From the IMG/VR virus record IMGVR_UViG_3300045988_154477: a DNA stretch of 64,000 bases. One strand, written 5' to 3'. This stretch comes from a virus. Taxonomy: Duplodnaviria > Heunggongvirae > Uroviricota > Caudoviricetes. The notes under the pieces were generated by a model that was given only the letters and a program-made list of their open reading frames with translations, was not told where the DNA came from and did not search any database. Below, one piece after another: positions 41,900 to 51,971 of this stretch. The translations under genes were made by a program, and so were the position numbers. Positions within the stretch are counted from its first letter, which is position 1; each line of letters begins with the position of its first letter.

Positions 41900-42097
41900 G
41901 TGTTCTTTGATACAGCGCACATTAACATCGGGAGAATAATCGTGTCATCCAAGGCTAATTATGAATCGCTGGCATCGATCATGCCGCGTAATGAACAGGA
42001 AGCAGATGCTGTAGTGGACCCGGTAATCGCTGAAATGAATGCTCGCCTGGAGGCTGAATTTGCAGCTGAGAATGAACATACCACCCAGGGCGACTAG
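41900..42097 (+). CDS. small hypothetical protein
   Basis: 65-aa track ORF; real start may be internal. Confidence 0.25.
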   Translation: MFFDTAHINIGRIIVSSKANYESLASIMPRNEQEADAVVDPVIAEMNARLEAEFAAENEHTTQGD

Positions 42098-42701
42098 GAC
42101 TGTTTTTTGTGTCGGTAGCGGTCCGTCACTCACTCGTGAGGACTGTGCTGCTATAGAAAAAACTGGCTGTTCAATCATCGCGGTTAACAATTCCTGGCAG
42201 ATGTTCGATGACATTTATGCCTTATACGCCGGTGATTTGTCATGGTGGAAGCAATACGGATCCACCATACCGGGAGGGAGATTCCGCAAAGTGACAGCCA
42301 ACCTGGCGGCGGCGAAATCATTTTCGTTGGAGTACAGGCGATATTGTGGACCGGCGGAAGGGGTAAATAGCGGCGCGCAGGCTATCAGTCTGGCTGCTGA
42401 ATCAGGGGCTGAAGTAGTGGTATTAGTCGGCTATGACTGTTCTCTGCAAAACGGCCTTCATTGGCATGGCGCGCACCCTCAAGCCCTACGGAATCCAACG
42501 CAGGTGTCTATTTCAAAATGGCAACAGCAGTTCCTGGATACCCGCAAAAAACACGCAGATTTACATATTTTGAATGCAAGTAGGAGCAGTGCAATTCAAT
42601 GTTTCCCAAGAATAAATTTAGAGGCAGTGATCGCGTTATTATCGTCGGCAGTGGCCCAAGCGCCGCAAACTTTGTTGCGCCGCGCGGAGTGCCGATTATA
42701 G
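42072..42701 (+). CDS. GT42/DUF115 (MptE-like) fold protein, paralog 1
   Basis: N-terminal VFCVGSGPSL then IIAVN, later VVLVGYDCS; resembles Cst-II-type GNGPSL...SGIDFY. Confidence 0.45.
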   Translation: MNIPPRATRTVFCVGSGPSLTREDCAAIEKTGCSIIAVNNSWQMFDDIYALYAGDLSWWKQYGSTIPGGRFRKVTANLAAAKSFSLEYRRYCGPAEGVNSGAQAISLAAESGAEVVVLVGYDCSLQNGLHWHGAHPQALRNPTQVSISKWQQQFLDTRKKHADLHILNASRSSAIQCFPRINLEAVIALLSSAVAQAPQTLLRRAECRL

Positions 42702-43225
42702 CGGTCAATGGGGCCATCGACTGGCTGAACCGCGCTTCTTATTTTTTCACACTTGATCCATCGCCAGACAATATGCGGCGCGTTGGTCGTGGCCGCCGTC
42801 GCCGTGGTGTTTGTTATTGCATGGCACTACCCGATGTTAAAGAACGTGAAGTCAGAGATGGCGTTCTGTGCTTCCGTCGTGTGGCTGAACGCGGCATGGA
42901 GCCAAACAATACGAATTCTCCCGAGTGGTGGGCGTGGCGCTGGTCCGCACATTTCGGACTTTGCGAAGATGAGAATGAAATTGCCAGCGGCAATAGTGCA
43001 TATGGTGCTCTGAACCTGGCTTTCCATATCGGATTCAAACATGTCGCCCTGGTGGGCGTTGACGCTACACAAGAACCACGCGTTCACTCCGGCGGCACGC
43101 CAAAAAATCTAAGTCACCTGCCTTTGTTATTCCAGTCTGCGCGTGAACGGATTGACGTTGTTTCATGCGGGAAAATGGGAGGTATTCCGCAGATGACTCT
43201 TAAAGAATGGCTGAAGAATACATGA
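42599..43225 (+). CDS. GT42/DUF115 (MptE-like) fold protein, paralog 2
   Basis: [11 protein letters not shown]...IIAVNGA...ALVGVDAT; same architecture as paralog 1. Confidence 0.45.
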   Translation: MFPKNKFRGSDRVIIVGSGPSAANFVAPRGVPIIAVNGAIDWLNRASYFFTLDPSPDNMRRVGRGRRRRGVCYCMALPDVKEREVRDGVLCFRRVAERGMEPNNTNSPEWWAWRWSAHFGLCEDENEIASGNSAYGALNLAFHIGFKHVALVGVDATQEPRVHSGGTPKNLSHLPLLFQSARERIDVVSCGKMGGIPQMTLKEWLKNT

Positions 43226-43899
43226 TGGCACCCACAATTTATCACCGTATCGACGGTACCAAATACAGGAATGTCTGGGTTGTTGGTGATCTGCATGGTT
43301 GCTACACCAGACTGATGTCCGAACTCCATCGTGTGGATTTTGACCCGGCGCAGGATTTACTGATATCGGTCGGCGACCTTATCGATCGCGGTACTGAAAA
43401 TGTCGAATGTCTGGAACTATTGCAGATGCCCTGGTTCAGGGCAGTGATGGGGAACCATGAGCGGCTGATGATTGATGCGTTAAGTCCAGATGGCAACGTG
43501 AATAACTGGCTAATGAATGGCGGACAATGGTTCTTCATGCTGGACACTGATCAGGAAATATTAGCCTGGGCGCTGGTGGAGCTGGTAAAGCGTCTGCCCT
43601 ATATCATTGAGTTGAACACCGGGCAAGAAACTATCGTTATAGCCCATGCCGACTATCCGGATAATGAATACCAATTCGGTAAGGAGGTACCGCTTTTCAA
43701 CGTTGTCTGGGCGCGCGAGCGTATCAGTGATTCGATGGATGATATTGGTGGCGAAATTTCGGGCGCAGATCGTTTTATCTTTGGCCACACTCCGGTGAAA
43801 AGCCCGAAGACATTCTGGAATCAGCAGTATATCGACACTGGTGCCGTATTTTGCGGAAACCTGACATTGATGAAAGTGAAAGGTGATGGTGCAGCATGA
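43225..43899 (+). CDS. lambda-type Ser/Thr protein phosphatase
   Basis: GDLHG, GDLIDRG, GNHE motifs; start aligned to lambda PPase (track starts 43207). Confidence 0.75.
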   Translation: MAPTIYHRIDGTKYRNVWVVGDLHGCYTRLMSELHRVDFDPAQDLLISVGDLIDRGTENVECLELLQMPWFRAVMGNHERLMIDALSPDGNVNNWLMNGGQWFFMLDTDQEILAWALVELVKRLPYIIELNTGQETIVIAHADYPDNEYQFGKEVPLFNVVWARERISDSMDDIGGEISGADRFIFGHTPVKSPKTFWNQQYIDTGAVFCGNLTLMKVKGDGAA

Positions 43900-44597
43900 A
43901 GATTGCTTTAGTTTTTCGCTCTGGTGGTGACTATAACGCTTCCGATGTGCAGTGGCTGGTTAATCAACTGCCAAAAGGCTATGAAATTATTTGCCTGACA
44001 GACCTGAAGCGTTTACATGTACCTGGCGTCAAAGTTGTCCCATTGATCAACCAGTGGCAAAAGTGCCGTGGCTGGTGGGCGAAAATCGAGTTGTTCCGAC
44101 CGGATATAACCGATGATCTGTTCTATCTGGATTTGGACACGGTTATTGCCGGTGATATACGCCCAATCCTAGAGCATCCACCAACCAGCTTCACCATGCT
44201 TAGGGATTTTTACCATCCACAATATCGTGGCAGCGGTGCCCTGTGGATACCAAATAGTGTTAAAGCGCATATCTGGAGTTCATTCTGGCAAGATCCGGAA
44301 GGTTGGATTTCTCGTTGTGTCACTACTGAGTGCTGGGGTGACCAGGGGTTCTTACGAAAGGTTATGGGCGATGATACACCAGCATTTCAGGATCTGTATC
44401 CAGGATGGTTTGTAAGTTACAAGGCCGATGTTGTGGAACCTGGTTCAAAATATGCGAGCGCGCGTTACTCCAGGGGGAATGGGGCATTACCAAAAGACTG
44501 CCGAATAATCTTTTTCCACGGCAAACCGCGACCTCGCGAAGTGTCAGAGGATTGGCTTCCCCTTATCAGCTCATTTTTTGAGCGAGAATCAGAATAA
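43896..44597 (+). CDS. nucleotide-sugar transferase-like protein (DxD motif), 233 aa
   Basis: [12 protein letters not shown] after a Rossmann-like N-terminus; ATG overlaps PPase stop. Confidence 0.4.
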   Translation: MKIALVFRSGGDYNASDVQWLVNQLPKGYEIICLTDLKRLHVPGVKVVPLINQWQKCRGWWAKIELFRPDITDDLFYLDLDTVIAGDIRPILEHPPTSFTMLRDFYHPQYRGSGALWIPNSVKAHIWSSFWQDPEGWISRCVTTECWGDQGFLRKVMGDDTPAFQDLYPGWFVSYKADVVEPGSKYASARYSRGNGALPKDCRIIFFHGKPRPREVSEDWLPLISSFFERESE

Positions 44598-44598
44598 T

Positions 44599-44664
44599 AT
44601 TGCTCTAATAATTCCATATTTTTAAAACGTGATGTACACTCATCACGTTTTTTATTAGAGCAAT
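44599..44664. promoter_or_regulatory. two inverted C1 operator copies flanking a terminator hairpin
   Basis: ATTGCTCTAATAATTCC (44599, +), hairpin ACGTGATG-TACACT-CATCACGT plus T6, ATTGCTCTAATAAAAAA (44648-44664, -). Confidence 0.5.
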
Positions 44665-44678
44665 CTACAAGGTGCACT

Positions 44679-44897
44679 ATGTGGCCATTCCGACGGAAAT
44701 ATCACTACTGGCTGATCGCCTTTGTTACGCCGACCGGCGGTATCAGGCATGTCATCACCAGGTATCGCAACAAGAGACTCACCTTAGCCAGAATTTTACA
44801 GGCTGCCATAGGTGAGGGACTGGATACAAATTGCGTAGTCCTTCCTCCTTCATACTTAGGAAAAATGACCGAAGCACAAGCTAATACGGAACTTTGA
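44679..44897 (+). CDS. small hypothetical protein, 72 aa
   Basis: First ORF after the operator/terminator module. Confidence 0.3.
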   Translation: MWPFRRKYHYWLIAFVTPTGGIRHVITRYRNKRLTLARILQAAIGEGLDTNCVVLPPSYLGKMTEAQANTEL

Positions 44898-44898
44898 A

Positions 44899-46161
44899 AT
44901 GAGCACTTCAGCACAAAACCAATCAATCGAAAATGTATCTATCCCTGACGTCCTGAATGCCGGTATCCCGGCCATTATCCAGAACATCCGGGCCGCGCAA
45001 CGCCGCGTTAGTTGTGATGACCTCACAGCGCGTTTTTTTGATAATGCGGTTCAGTCAGCGGAGATGCTTCACGCACAGCTTATTGATGTTTATAACGCAG
45101 AAGCTGATAGCCATAACTCCCTGGTAGATGCAGCTGAAAATATGCAGTTGGATCTCGGTCTGAAGGGTAAAGAAATTGAAGAGCTTCAGCTGGAAATTGA
45201 ACATTTGAAACGCCAGCAACAGGACGCGATCGACGATGCGACGCATGACGCCAACCAGCGTGCTGATAATGCCGAACGTATAAGCATTGAGCTGGAAACA
45301 AAACTCAATGAAATGACCGCGATGGTTGAACTGCGGAACTCACAGATTTCAACGCTAAAATCTCAATATAAAGAGATCATGAAACTTGATCCTTTTAACC
45401 TTGAGAAACGCTATAACAAAGCTAAAAGCGAGCGACAGGAACTGCGTAAGCAGGTCGCCGACCTTAACCAACAGCTCAAAAAAACTATTAAAGATGCAAG
45501 CGAGGCGCGCGTGGCATTTGCTAATAAAAAAGCAGAGGTTACCGCGCTGGTTAATGAGAATGCCAAATTTGCGACGCTCAAGAAGGAAATGTATGGCATT
45601 ACTGAGCGCCGTTTCCCTGCAAGCAAACTTCATCCGACGTTAGGGCAAATCTCCTTCTTCCCGCGCCTCCTGGCTTATGGGATCTCATCGCCTAAAGAGT
45701 TCAATAACGAGCGTCCTTATATCGTTTCTAAGCTGGACTTTGCTTATCAGTTCTGCTGCGACATGGGCTATGCCATTGATATCCGGATCAACGAATGGTT
45801 GATGCCAAACTTCCAGCCGTTGGCCATTTTCCGCGAGTTCCAGCCGGAAGGTTGGGTAGAGTTCTTCCATGAATTGATCTGTAAAGAGATGGAAAGCCGC
45901 CGCCCGGAACTGGTCCGTCGAGTTGAGTGGGCGCAAGAGGTTATGTTGGCAGAGGCAGAGCTGCCGTTCGAACCGGAATTTATTGATGATCTGGCAGCTA
46001 AAGGGCTGCATACCCTGTTTGATGTGGTTACCCGCCGTCATGAGCAGTTGGTTGTCGAATTGGGTTTAGAGGAAACAGCGGCAAGAAGACTTCTCGATGT
46101 TTGCTATGCACGTAGCGATGCATGGGAAAAAGAGAACGGCGGCACTATTTACGTTCGCTGA
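44899..46161 (+). CDS. coiled-coil protein with C-terminal globular domain, 420 aa
   Basis: Heptad-rich residues about 80-230. Confidence 0.4.
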   Translation: MSTSAQNQSIENVSIPDVLNAGIPAIIQNIRAAQRRVSCDDLTARFFDNAVQSAEMLHAQLIDVYNAEADSHNSLVDAAENMQLDLGLKGKEIEELQLEIEHLKRQQQDAIDDATHDANQRADNAERISIELETKLNEMTAMVELRNSQISTLKSQYKEIMKLDPFNLEKRYNKAKSERQELRKQVADLNQQLKKTIKDASEARVAFANKKAEVTALVNENAKFATLKKEMYGITERRFPASKLHPTLGQISFFPRLLAYGISSPKEFNNERPYIVSKLDFAYQFCCDMGYAIDIRINEWLMPNFQPLAIFREFQPEGWVEFFHELICKEMESRRPELVRRVEWAQEVMLAEAELPFEPEFIDDLAAKGLHTLFDVVTRRHEQLVVELGLEETAARRLLDVCYARSDAWEKENGGTIYVR

Positions 46162-46233
46162 CAGTTACAGTGTCACTTTTAATGCTGGTGGAGTGCGCCC
46201 ACCAGCATTTTTTTCGTCCAATGAGGAGGGCAT

Positions 46234-46740
46234 TTGAGTATTTTCAATAAACACGCACACCAGGAACGTCCGTATATCGTCATAGTTGATATTGATGGAA
46301 CAATATCAGAGGCAACTGAAGACAGACTGCATTTGCTTCCGCCACCAGGTAAAGGTGCATTAACAAAGGACTGGAACGAGTTTAATCTCGCCTGTGACAC
46401 TGATACTCCCATAACTCCAGTTATTGATATTGTGCGCCAGTTATTTAACGTTTACACGGTCTGGTTTGTAACCGGGCGCTGTGAGATCGCAAGGGATAAA
46501 ACACGAGCCTGGCTGCGGAAGTACGTAACAAACGGGGCTGAGCCTTTGCTATCTATGCGTCCTGCCACCGATGACAGAAATGACGGCCCAGCAAAGATTG
46601 ATCTCCTTAAGAAAATTGCTCTAAGTAAAATCGCGTTCGCGCTGGAAGATAAGATTGAAGTGGCGCGTGTTTTCAGGAGGCACGGCGTGCTTACGTTAAT
46701 GGTCAGGGAGTATGAAAACGCGCTTTTCCATCAACAATAA
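46234..46740 (+). CDS. HAD-superfamily phosphatase-like protein, 168 aa
   Basis: Motif I VIVDIDGTIS; TTG start with GAGGAGGG SD. Confidence 0.5.
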   Translation: MSIFNKHAHQERPYIVIVDIDGTISEATEDRLHLLPPPGKGALTKDWNEFNLACDTDTPITPVIDIVRQLFNVYTVWFVTGRCEIARDKTRAWLRKYVTNGAEPLLSMRPATDDRNDGPAKIDLLKKIALSKIAFALEDKIEVARVFRRHGVLTLMVREYENALFHQQ

Positions 46741-46756
46741 TTGCTCTAATAAATAT
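46740..46756 (+). promoter_or_regulatory. C1 operator
   Basis: ATTGCTCTAATAAATAT, 16/17, followed by TGATTTTTAAAAC. Confidence 0.55.
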
Positions 46757-46838
46757 TGATTTTTAAAACAGAGAAAGTGAAAATAAAAACATGCCGCAAG
46801 GCGCGGCATGTATCCAATCAATCACAGGAGCTGAAAAT

Positions 46839-46925
46839 ATGAACACGGCATTCAAAATCATTATGGCCGCGATCTATTTCTGGCTGTTCTCTATCACTTT
46901 TGGCGGCATCGTCGCACATGGGTAA
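46839..46925 (+). CDS. 28-aa hydrophobic peptide (candidate)
   Basis: MNTAFKIIMAAIYFWLFSITFGGIVAHG; AGGAG SD; after hairpin CATGCCGC-AAGGC-GCGGCATG. Confidence 0.25.
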   Translation: MNTAFKIIMAAIYFWLFSITFGGIVAHG

Positions 46926-46934
46926 GGGGGATGC

Positions 46935-47675
46935 ATGAAAGGCGAAGTGAAAGAGCGCGGCATGATTTTCAACGATGAGATGGTCCGGGCCATCCTCGAA
47001 GGAAGGAAAACGCAGACGCGGCGGATAATGAAAAATCAGCCTGCGGAAGTTGGTCCAGAAGCACCAGTGATGGTTAGAAAAATTGGTGCAGGTTTTCAGT
47101 GGTACGGGGCTGATGGTGTAAGCAGTGTTTTCAATTGCCCCTTTGGTATCGTCGGCGATCGAATTTGGGTTCGTGAAACATGGGCGATATTAGGCAATGA
47201 GGATGGTTGCAGTGTGGACTGGAACGACAACCTTTGTCGTGGCGATGAGAAGAACGCAGCAAGGATTTATCGGGCCAGTTGCGAGCAAAAACCTGGTGAT
47301 TACGGCTTATGGTCGATACCCGATGATGCCGACTGGAAACCTCACACTGTGAATGAAAAGTTTGATGGTGGGTGGCGTCCATCAATTCACATGCCGCGAT
47401 GGGCATCACGCATTCTGTTGGAAATTACCAACGTGCGCGTTGAGCGGTTGAACGATATCAGCGAATGCGATGCAAGGGATGAGGGCGTTCAGCCTGCTGG
47501 AAGTTTGCTTCCTGATCACCCGGGAACATTCCTAACTCCCAAGGGAGATTTCGCAATGGCCAAGGTTGCGTTCCAGCGCCTGTGGGAATCCATCTATGGT
47601 GAAGAAAGCTGGAACGCTAATCCCTGGGTGTGGGTAATCGAGTTTGAGCGTATTCAGGGGGCAACCAGTGAGTGA
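46935..47675 (+). CDS. conserved prophage protein, 246 aa
   Basis: AAGGGGG SD; motifs MIFNDEMVRAILEGRKTQTRR, RIWVRETW. Confidence 0.45.
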   Translation: MKGEVKERGMIFNDEMVRAILEGRKTQTRRIMKNQPAEVGPEAPVMVRKIGAGFQWYGADGVSSVFNCPFGIVGDRIWVRETWAILGNEDGCSVDWNDNLCRGDEKNAARIYRASCEQKPGDYGLWSIPDDADWKPHTVNEKFDGGWRPSIHMPRWASRILLEITNVRVERLNDISECDARDEGVQPAGSLLPDHPGTFLTPKGDFAMAKVAFQRLWESIYGEESWNANPWVWVIEFERIQGATSE

Positions 47676-47928
47676 GTCAAAATGCCAAATTAATGGCAAC
47701 AAGATAGAACCGTGCGCGGCGTTGGCACAATCCCTGGAGCATGACGCTGAATACACGACGCGAAAAGGTCTGCTGAAATACAAAATCTATAACCATGAAT
47801 TAATTCATTCACAAGACCTGATCATGCTGCGGTCTGGTGAATTTTCTAAATCGCCTATTCGAGTTTCATTTTGCCCGTTCTGTGGTGAAAGTCTGAAAAC
47901 GTGGGAAGCGGAGGCAACCAGTGAATAA
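47668..47928 (+). CDS. small zinc-finger protein, 86 aa
   Basis: GTG start overlapping upstream stop; C-terminal CPFCGESLK. Confidence 0.35.
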   Translation: MSESKCQINGNKIEPCAALAQSLEHDAEYTTRKGLLKYKIYNHELIHSQDLIMLRSGEFSKSPIRVSFCPFCGESLKTWEAEATSE

Positions 47929-48565
47929 CCGCTTTTACATGATGTGCTTGCGTGAAACTGTGGGTAATAACGCCTCATTCCATTGCCATAACGGCAATGG
48001 TTACAGTTCTGATATCGATCGCGCTCATGTTTACACGCTGGAAGAAGCCCAAAAAGCCTGGAGTTGTGGGCGAGATATCGATCAGCCTGTTTGTGCCGAT
48101 AGTGTGGATGCAATGGCTGTGTGGCACGTTGATTGCCAGTACATCCCTACAGAAAGCCTGATTGAGTCAGATTGCACTGCGTATGTGGCCTACAAAAAAG
48201 GTAGCTGGAACGGCAACGATGTTTACTGGCTTCAACACGGTGGATTGCCAACAGATGACTTCAGTAAAGCGACCATCTTTAGCGTCGCCAACAAAAACGA
48301 ACCAGGAATAGTTTGGTTGCCATTTTCCATTGCTGATGCAGCAAAGCGCCGGACGTTCAATATCAATAACTTTAACCGCAGAACAATGGTTCAGGGCGCA
48401 GGTTTGGTCATGCCTGACTGGTTGAAAAAGCAAAACAGAAGAAAGAAGTCGCGAAGCGGGAAGGTGCGTTGGAATTGTCCGCATTGCGGAAAAATAACCT
48501 GGCAGTACAGCCCATATGATTTTGAAGGCTGTAGTGATTACAACTGTGAAGGATGGCGAGAATGA
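47921..48565 (+). CDS. hypothetical Cys-rich protein, 214 aa
   Basis: C-terminal CPHCGKITWQYSPYDFEGCSDYNCEGW. Confidence 0.4.
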   Translation: MNNRFYMMCLRETVGNNASFHCHNGNGYSSDIDRAHVYTLEEAQKAWSCGRDIDQPVCADSVDAMAVWHVDCQYIPTESLIESDCTAYVAYKKGSWNGNDVYWLQHGGLPTDDFSKATIFSVANKNEPGIVWLPFSIADAAKRRTFNINNFNRRTMVQGAGLVMPDWLKKQNRRKKSRSGKVRWNCPHCGKITWQYSPYDFEGCSDYNCEGWRE

Positions 48566-49215
48566 CAATTGACTATCAGGTACTGCGTGAGGCGGCAGAA
48601 AAGGCAACACCAGACGAATGGGTCGCATTTATTTCGACGGATACTGGTACTTATGCGGTGCACACGCCCGGTGATGAACGATGTGAAGACGTTATCAAAT
48701 GGACCGGCTTTGATGGACAGAAAAATGCAGAGAACAACGCTCGTCATGTTGCCGCGTTCAACCCAAAGGTTGCACTGGAGCTGCTTGGTGAAATTAAGTG
48801 CTTGGAGGACACAAATATTGATGCCACGTGCCGAATTTCAGAGCTTGAGACTAATCTCGCTGCGCTGGTGGCAGAGAACGCTGGGCTGAAACACGCAATG
48901 GCCGTAACTCTTGAGCATGTGTCGGTCACGGATGCAGGGCAGGCCGGAGTTGCTGCAATGATTATCAACGATGCCCTGCACCACAGCGAAACTCCAGCTA
49001 CCGATGCTTTCCTGTCTGAAGTGCGGGCGCAGGGGGTGGATGCTGCTATAGAAGCTGCAAAAAATCTGGTGGCCCAAGAATATGAGTATAAGGATTTCAA
49101 AGCGGCGCAGAGTGATTGCTGTATGCACCCTGGTTCAGACCTGGTAGGGAAGGTTGAAATGACTGAGTGGTTAGTTGACTTTGCTGCCCAGCTTCGCAAA
49201 GGAGGCAACCAGTGA
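48553..49215 (+). CDS. Ea22-like prophage protein, copy 1
   Basis: N-terminus DYQVLREAAEKATPDEW. Confidence 0.4.
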   Translation: MARMTIDYQVLREAAEKATPDEWVAFISTDTGTYAVHTPGDERCEDVIKWTGFDGQKNAENNARHVAAFNPKVALELLGEIKCLEDTNIDATCRISELETNLAALVAENAGLKHAMAVTLEHVSVTDAGQAGVAAMIINDALHHSETPATDAFLSEVRAQGVDAAIEAAKNLVAQEYEYKDFKAAQSDCCMHPGSDLVGKVEMTEWLVDFAAQLRKGGNQ

Positions 49216-49964
49216 GCGAAATTAATTACCAGGCACTGCGTGAGGCGGCGGAACGTGCAATTCCAGCAATGGAACGCCTGTTAATGTTGCCAGCTGATGA
49301 TGATTTGTTAAGTGAACAGGAACTTAAAGATTACGGTGTGGATATTGATGCGCTCAACGCCTTCAAATTTCTGACCGGACCAGAAACCGTGCTGGCGCTG
49401 CTGGATGAACGGGAAAGAAACCAGCAATACATAAAACGCCGCGATCAGGAGAACGAGGATATTGCGCTAACGGTAGGGAAGCTGAGAGTTGAGCTTGAGG
49501 AAGTAAAACAACACGCTGAAGAATTATCCGAAACCAAGGCTGTTCGTAACCAATGGCGGCCAGATATTTGCCCAATAACCGGACGTGCATTTTTCATGTG
49601 GATTGAGCATCCAACATTGGGAAATGTGCCGACATATGGTGGCCCATTAGATAGTTACACCATTCCAACAAAGGACGGTGACGGTGAGTTTTCATGTGAG
49701 CGTTACGATCATGATTTTGGCGGTTGGGTAGAAAGCGAATGTCTTGGGTTATATCTGATTGATGATAGAGAACAATGCAGGGTCTACGAACTGGAGGAAC
49801 GCGTTAAGGAACTGGATGCTCGGGAAATATCGCTCCCGGAACGTAGCAGCATGCTTCATCGAACAGATTTTCACGATGATTACCAAACGGTAATGGCATA
49901 CAAAGTTTCTGAAGTCATCGCTGCAATCCGCGCCGCAGGCATTCGCATCAAAGGAGGTGAGTAA
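49212..49964 (+). CDS. Ea22-like prophage protein, copy 2
   Basis: N-terminus EINYQALREAAERAIPAMERL; coiled-coil centre. Confidence 0.4.
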   Translation: MSEINYQALREAAERAIPAMERLLMLPADDDLLSEQELKDYGVDIDALNAFKFLTGPETVLALLDERERNQQYIKRRDQENEDIALTVGKLRVELEEVKQHAEELSETKAVRNQWRPDICPITGRAFFMWIEHPTLGNVPTYGGPLDSYTIPTKDGDGEFSCERYDHDFGGWVESECLGLYLIDDREQCRVYELEERVKELDAREISLPERSSMLHRTDFHDDYQTVMAYKVSEVIAAIRAAGIRIKGGE

Positions 49965-50140
49965 TGCGTGTGGCATGTATCGGCTTGTTACCGTACCCGA
50001 CTCGTTTTTGGGCTTCTGCGCTAATTGCAAAGCCACATGTCCTGATGGCTGACAACATCATCCCGGCACCAAAGCGCCGCCATACCGGTATTGCAGCGGC
50101 ACGACGAGCAGCAAAGAGACGCAGGAGAGCAAAGCGATGA
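49964..50140 (+). CDS. 58-aa very basic small protein (candidate)
   Basis: ATG overlaps upstream stop (TAATG); C-terminal AARRAAKRRRRAKR. Confidence 0.25.
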   Translation: MRVACIGLLPYPTRFWASALIAKPHVLMADNIIPAPKRRHTGIAAARRAAKRRRRAKR

Positions 50141-50331
50141 AAAACCGTAAAGCAAAGATTCTGTTAGTTCGTAGAAACGCTCCTGGCGTCTGGCAGTGGG
50201 TGAGACTCAGCAACCGACGGATGGGGTTGATGAAATATTACGGGATGATGGATTGTGGTTTTTGCAAAAAGCCCAGCGCGGCGCAAAACCGCTGGAAAAA
50301 CCACTGTTATCTGCGCACTAAAGGAGAGTGA
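50137..50331 (+). CDS. 64-aa basic Cys-containing small protein
   Basis: ATG overlaps previous stop (ATGA); MKNRKAKILLVRRN...CGFCKK. Confidence 0.3.
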   Translation: MKNRKAKILLVRRNAPGVWQWVRLSNRRMGLMKYYGMMDCGFCKKPSAAQNRWKNHCYLRTKGE

Positions 50332-50332
50332 G

Positions 50333-50848
50333 ATGGCGTTAACACACCGCGAACTCTGTCAGATTGCGTACAAGTTCCTTAAGCGCAACGGGTTCAAGGT
50401 TTGCTTTCATGACCGCTTTATAGCTGTAACCAGCACCGGAGAACAGCCAGATGCTATGGGATTCAGAAGTTCAGCATCATGCTTGATAGAGGCGAAGTGT
50501 TCTCGTGCTGACTTGTTGGCAGATAGAAAAAAGCGTTTCCGTAAAAATCCGTCTCTTGGAATGGGCGACTGGCGATTCTTTATTAGTGAGCCGGGAATTA
50601 TTTCAATTGAGGATTTACCACCTGGCTGGGGATTACTTCACGTTGTTAACGGAAGAGTACGGAAAGTACATGGGTGGCCCAAGGGTAATTGCTGTTGGGG
50701 TAATCCTGACGATAAGCCATTTACTGGAAATAAGCAGGTTGAATGCGATTACATGTTATCTGCATTAAGGCGCATGGAGTTGAGAGGGCACCTTAATGAA
50801 ATATATGACGGTGTAATTGTTAATAAGAAAGAAGGAAACGCGGCATGA
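50333..50848 (+). CDS. PD-(D/E)XK-like nuclease-fold protein (tentative), 171 aa
   Basis: AAGGAG SD; PDAMGF...CLIEAKCS resembles D...E-x-K core. Confidence 0.35.
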   Translation: MALTHRELCQIAYKFLKRNGFKVCFHDRFIAVTSTGEQPDAMGFRSSASCLIEAKCSRADLLADRKKRFRKNPSLGMGDWRFFISEPGIISIEDLPPGWGLLHVVNGRVRKVHGWPKGNCCWGNPDDKPFTGNKQVECDYMLSALRRMELRGHLNEIYDGVIVNKKEGNAA

Positions 50849-51714
50849 TCACTATTACCAATAAGAAACAGTATCCCAGCGAGCAATATCTTAATGAGCT
50901 GATCACCAACATAGAGTTTGCTGCAAGGGCACCAGTTGAAGTCGTGAGAGCAATGGCAGCAGAGCTACAGAAGCGGCGCGAAGCTGATAGTGCAGAACCA
51001 GTTGCTTATATTTTCAAACATCCGGCCGGGAAATTATTCTGGGCTTTAACGGATGAAAGCAATAAAGAGCAAGCGGACGTTATTCCTGTTTATGCTGCCG
51101 CGCCTGCGTCGGTTGTGCCGGATAATGCATCAGAGCCTCTTGCTTATGCTTACAAAGAGCTTACGCCTGAGATTATGCGCAACCATTTAGCTGTATTCGA
51201 GCGATATGGAATAGCCCCAAACGATAGCTCTACCACAATTCATGCACTGCGAATCGCGCTGGATGGCATAGAGCGGAGCGACGCCATGCTTCATGGTGCC
51301 GAACCTGTAAGCCAAACTTACAAGTTGCCAGTTAATACACCTTGCAAAGATGCGCCAGCCCATATCTGGCTGCAAACGGCTGGAGTATGGCCAGAAGATG
51401 GCGAGTTAAGCGAATTAACGTGGTGCAGCCACAATCAGCACCATGATGACACGCTATATGTTCGAGCTGACTTGGTAAATGGCAATTCTCCGGTAACTCT
51501 GGATGATTGGATAAGCTGTAGTGAGCGAATGCCGGATAGCAAAACAGCTGTTCTTGTTGCCAGGGAGTTTGACGGGAAAGGTGACTGGCGAATGAAGTGG
51601 GCGACTTACATACCGGGACATCCTGACGCTAATGATGGTTGGATAATTCCTGGTGCGTCGTGGATTCCATCACACTGGATGCCGCTACCAGAACCGCCGC
51701 AGGAGGCGAAATGA
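50845..51714 (+). CDS. DUF551-like prophage protein, 289 aa
   Basis: C-terminal WISCSERMPDSK...WIPSHWMPLPEPP. Confidence 0.4.
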   Translation: MITITNKKQYPSEQYLNELITNIEFAARAPVEVVRAMAAELQKRREADSAEPVAYIFKHPAGKLFWALTDESNKEQADVIPVYAAAPASVVPDNASEPLAYAYKELTPEIMRNHLAVFERYGIAPNDSSTTIHALRIALDGIERSDAMLHGAEPVSQTYKLPVNTPCKDAPAHIWLQTAGVWPEDGELSELTWCSHNQHHDDTLYVRADLVNGNSPVTLDDWISCSERMPDSKTAVLVAREFDGKGDWRMKWATYIPGHPDANDGWIIPGASWIPSHWMPLPEPPQEAK

Positions 51715-51971
51715 TGGATGTAAAAGAGAAGGTTTTGCAGGTGATGCGTTCCCGTGCTGCCCTACAAGAGAAAGCTCTCGGCGGTGAATATCCATTCACG
51801 ATAGCAACCTGGAATCTGCGGTTGGCAATGGAGAAGGAATTTCCTGATGAAGAATGGCGCTCGGCAGATTTGCGCAAAATTCTTATGGAGCTGGCTAAAG
51901 ACGGAACAGTATCCAAAGATACCCATGCCAGCCGGATTGGTCAGGCGGTATGGAGACTTGAGGTGCGGTAA
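51711..51971 (+). CDS. hypothetical protein, 86 aa
   Basis: GGAGG SD; ATG overlaps upstream stop. Confidence 0.4.
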   Translation: MMDVKEKVLQVMRSRAALQEKALGGEYPFTIATWNLRLAMEKEFPDEEWRSADLRKILMELAKDGTVSKDTHASRIGQAVWRLEVR

